From an uncultured Candidatus Binatia bacterium (GTDB lineage Bacteria > Desulfobacterota > Binatia > UBA9968 > JAJDTQ01), in NCBI GenBank assembly GCA_965215605.1, contig OZ244070.1, positions 384,001-448,000 of the forward strand: 64,000 bases of DNA, read 5' to 3'. The notes under the pieces were generated by a model. The model was given only the letters and a program-made list of their open reading frames with translations, made no database searches and was not told the origin of the DNA. The first letter of the stretch is position 1. Each line of letters starts with the position of its first letter. Shown here piece by piece: positions 61,203 through 64,000 of the stretch. Both the position numbers and the translations under genes were made by a program.

Positions 61203-61859
61203 TCAGTACAGGTAAACGAGTCCGTAGAGCACCGGCCACAGCGCCACCACGAACAGCCAGTACATGGCACACAACTCGACGTCCGCCGCACGGTCCGAAG
61301 CGTAGCGTCCCTTCCGCGCCAGGGACCACACCACGGCCACCCACACGAGCGCCCCGAGGACGTGGAGTCCGTGCAGCCCGATGAGGGCGTAGAAGGTGGA
61401 ACCGTACAGACCGCTCCGCATGGTCAGCCCGAACCCGATCAACCGCACCCACTCGTACCCCTGGATGCAGAGGAACAACGCGCCCAGAACAGCGGTCGCC
61501 AGCAGCCACCCGGACAGCCGCAACGGGTCCCGAAGCCGCGCGGCCAGCGATGCCCGGTGCACGGCAAGCCCGCTGCAGAGCAGCACCACCGTGTTGAACC
61601 CCGTGATCCATACCGGCAACCGCGGCTGGGACGGCGGCGGCCAGACCTCGCTGCTCAGGCGCAACACCAGGAATGCGCCGATGAGGCCGGCGAAGAACAT
61701 CACCTCCGCGCCGATGAACATCATCAGCCCCAGTCTCGCGTTGCTGATCACCGGCTCCGTTCCGGAAGGCGGCGGCGGACCGCCCCCGAAGGCCGGCGCG
61801 GGCGCCAGCGTCTCCGCGCCGTCGCCGCTCAAGCTCTTCGCCGTGGCATCCCTTGCCAT
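61203..61859 (-). CDS. Second cytochrome c oxidase subunit III-like protein
   Basis: LGLMMFIGAEVMFF, YGSTFYALIGLHGLHV, YWLFV. Confidence 0.88.
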   Translation of the reverse strand: MARDATAKSLSGDGAETLAPAPAFGGGPPPPSGTEPVISNARLGLMMFIGAEVMFFAGLIGAFLVLRLSSEVWPPPSQPRLPVWITGFNTVVLLCSGLAVHRASLAARLRDPLRLSGWLLATAVLGALFLCIQGYEWVRLIGFGLTMRSGLYGSTFYALIGLHGLHVLGALVWVAVVWSLARKGRYASDRAADVELCAMYWLFVVALWPVLYGLVYLY

Positions 61860-61880
61860 CCGTATCTTCCATGCCTTCCG

Positions 61881-61997
61881 TCAATACACGACCAGAAAGA
61901 CCACCGTCGCCACGATGTAGCTGACCGCCACGGCGGCGATCACGAGTCCCAGGCGGCCGTTCCTCCGTCGATCCCGACTCTCCGCGATAGGTTCCAT
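61881..61997 (-). CDS. 38-aa single-TM peptide
   Basis: ATG 1 nt after ctaB stop; RRRNGRLG followed by hydrophobic helix. Confidence 0.5.
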   Translation of the reverse strand: MEPIAESRDRRRNGRLGLVIAAVAVSYIVATVVFLVVY

Positions 61998-61998
61998 A

Positions 61999-62901
61999 TC
62001 AGATCGGTATCCTGTCCAGGGCCATGGCGACGAACAGCAGCGGCAGGTAGAACAGCGAGGCGAAGAGCAAATGACGCGCACTGTTCACCGACCTCAAGAC
62101 TGCGAGCCTTACCGCGTAGACCAGAAATCCGGCTCCCAACAGGATGGCCGCGAAGTAGTAAATTCCCCCCGCGAAACCCGTGAGCGTCGGCATCAGGCTC
62201 ACCACCAGCAACGCCAGGCAATGGCTCACGGCCTGCCGGCCGGTGCTTTTCCCCTCCTCGTCCAGCACGGGCAGGAAGCGAATGCCGGCGCTCAGGAAAT
62301 CGTCGCGGTAGAGCCGCGCGATGGCCAGGTTGTGGGGAATCTGCCAGAGGTAGAGTATCCCGAACAGGATCGCGGCCTCCAGGCCGAGGGTTCCCTGTGC
62401 GGCGGTCCAGCCGATGACCGGCGGCAGGGCTCCGGGCACCGCGCCGATAAGGCTGCACAGGGAGGACTTCTGCTTGAACGGCGTATACAGAAAAAGATAG
62501 GTGACGGAGATGATGGCGGTCAGAAGCGCGCTAAGCACGTTTACGGCCACTAGCAGCAGCAGCAACCCGGAGGCCACCAGGATGGCTCCGAAGAGAACGC
62601 ACTCCAGTGGCTGGACCCTTCCCTCGGGGATCGGGCGGTGTCGGGTGCGATCCATCGCCGCATCGATGTCGCGTTCGAGGGACTGATTCAGAGCCAGGGT
62701 GCCCCCCGCCGCGAGGGCGGTGCCGAGCACCGTGTTGAAGAGCACGATGTAGTCCGGCAAGGGCTCGGAGCCCATGTAGTAACCCACCAGGGTGGTCATG
62801 AGGACCATCAGCACGAGCCGCGGCTTGGTGAGCTCGAGGTAATCGACCAGCTTTCGGCCGTGAGCGGAGCCGACAACAACCGTTTCGGTTCGCAGGGTCA
62901 C
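61999..62901 (-). CDS. ctaB: Protoheme IX farnesyltransferase (heme O synthase)
   Basis: LTKPRL, IDAAMDRTRHRPIP, GALPPVIGW, LWQIPH; GTGA overlap with ctaA. Confidence 0.93.
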   Translation of the reverse strand: MTLRTETVVVGSAHGRKLVDYLELTKPRLVLMVLMTTLVGYYMGSEPLPDYIVLFNTVLGTALAAGGTLALNQSLERDIDAAMDRTRHRPIPEGRVQPLECVLFGAILVASGLLLLLVAVNVLSALLTAIISVTYLFLYTPFKQKSSLCSLIGAVPGALPPVIGWTAAQGTLGLEAAILFGILYLWQIPHNLAIARLYRDDFLSAGIRFLPVLDEEGKSTGRQAVSHCLALLVVSLMPTLTGFAGGIYYFAAILLGAGFLVYAVRLAVLRSVNSARHLLFASLFYLPLLFVAMALDRIPI

Positions 62902-63818
62902 GCGGTCGCCCTCTCGGAGACAATCCCGTCCACCGCCGGGAGACGGCCCGCGCCTAGAACCCGGAACGCCCACAAGGTCATCAGCACGCTCAGCGCGAAC
63001 ATGAGCGCCCCGGTCACCACGTGGGCAGTGGTGACGGCGACGATCATCCCTGGTTGCCACATCACTCCGAACGACAGGAAGCGGGCCGCGTAGGCGCCGG
63101 CGCCCAACGCGGTCTGCACCGTCAGGAGCAGTCCCAGAAAAAGCGAAAGCGTCCTGAACACCGGCGCCTCGTCACCGAGCTGGAGTCCCTTCACCACCAA
63201 CAGGACGGTCTGGACCGCCACCAACAGCGCCATCAGCACATGCAGCGTTACGGCCGTGCCGGTGTGGCGGATGACGGCTCCGAGCAGGCTCTGCACATAG
63301 ATCAACAGCGTCGTGGCGAGACAGAACCACTGGAACATCGTCCAGCCGCCCGCCGGAGGCGTCCGCCGGACTTCCCGCCAGGAACGGGAGGTGAACAGCG
63401 CCATGGCAACGATGAGGCCGAAGAAGGCGTGGGCCAGCGACGCGTGGATGATGGCGAAATCCTGCTCGAGCAACACCACGCGAAGGCCTCCGACAATGCC
63501 CTGAACCGTCACCAGCAGCAACGCTACGGCCCCGAGCCGGCGAACCCACACGCGCGGCTCCCGCAGCCAAAGGCACACCGCCAGCACCAGGGTGAGAAAC
63601 CCGACGCCGGAGGCCACCAAGCGGTGGCCGTGCTCGTAAAACACGCCCCCCACCATCCCTTCCCAGGGGAACAGGAACATGTTGTGGCCAAAGGTGGTGG
63701 GCCAATCCGGCACCGCCAAGCCCACGCCCTTGCTCGTGACCAGCGCGCCCACGAACAACAGAAACAGGGTGGTCCCGGCGGTGGTCAGCGCCAACCGATG
63801 GAGCCAGGCGTCGGCCAT
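62898..63818 (-). CDS. ctaA: Heme A synthase (COX15/CtaA)
   Basis: GLAVPDWP, FYEHGHRL, QGIVGG, conserved His residues. Confidence 0.88.
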   Translation of the reverse strand: MADAWLHRLALTTAGTTLFLLFVGALVTSKGVGLAVPDWPTTFGHNMFLFPWEGMVGGVFYEHGHRLVASGVGFLTLVLAVCLWLREPRVWVRRLGAVALLLVTVQGIVGGLRVVLLEQDFAIIHASLAHAFFGLIVAMALFTSRSWREVRRTPPAGGWTMFQWFCLATTLLIYVQSLLGAVIRHTGTAVTLHVLMALLVAVQTVLLVVKGLQLGDEAPVFRTLSLFLGLLLTVQTALGAGAYAARFLSFGVMWQPGMIVAVTTAHVVTGALMFALSVLMTLWAFRVLGAGRLPAVDGIVSERATA

Positions 63819-63831
63819 CCCCGTGTACCCC

Positions 63832-64000
63832 CTAGTGACCCGTGGCGGCAGCGGCGGCGAGCGGCCGGTCCTGCGGCAGCCAGTCTTCCTCGACCCCCGG
63901 AACGCTGTACTCGTAAGGGCCGCGGTAGACCTGCGGCGTGGTCACGAAGTTCCCGTGGGGCGGCGGCGAGGGCGCCGACCACTCCAGCGTGTTGGCTTCC
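63832..64000 (-). CDS. ctaD: C-terminus of cytochrome c oxidase subunit I (truncated by window edge)
   Basis: Manual translation EANTLEWSAPSPPPHGNF...VYRGPYEYS. Confidence 0.9.
   Translation of the reverse strand, partial: EANTLEWSAPSPPPHGNFVTTPQVYRGPYEYSVPGVEEDWLPQDRPLAAAAATGH

Overview
High-GC bacterial window, densely coding; the gene content (many LLM monooxygenases, amidohydrolases, PhtD-like proteins, TRAP/ABC transporters) suggests a Deltaproteobacteria-like/Binatia-type heterotroph, possibly host-associated (inference). Left edge: the end of a probable accessory/defence module (unknown ORF plus an 850-aa protein with a degenerate Hsp70/actin-like ATPase fold), then an Rpn/YhgA gene whose nuclease core is deleted but whose internal small antitoxin ORF and RBS remain. 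3.9-19.5 kb: catabolic island of unknown substrate. 19.7-26.2 kb: the standout, a tightly coupled six-gene operon of MNIO (DUF692), DUF2063-like partner, peptidase-less type I secretion ABC transporter, HlyD adaptor, TauD-type Fe/2OG oxygenase and atypical SDR, with no visible precursor peptide. The rest holds a deacetylase, a lytic transglycosylase, a doubly disrupted hydantoinase A/B pair with a dRS3/REP-like palindrome, gap, a MetE-like gene, ABC and TAXI-TRAP transporters (two permeases seem to start at CTG), an ECF sigma/anti-sigma/Spy cluster, HU, a methyltransferase split by a G14 tract, nadX, AfuABC-like plus inositol monophosphatase, and the distal part of a cytochrome c oxidase operon. 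No rRNA, tRNA or CRISPR array was seen. All family calls come from motif recognition by eye, not database searches.
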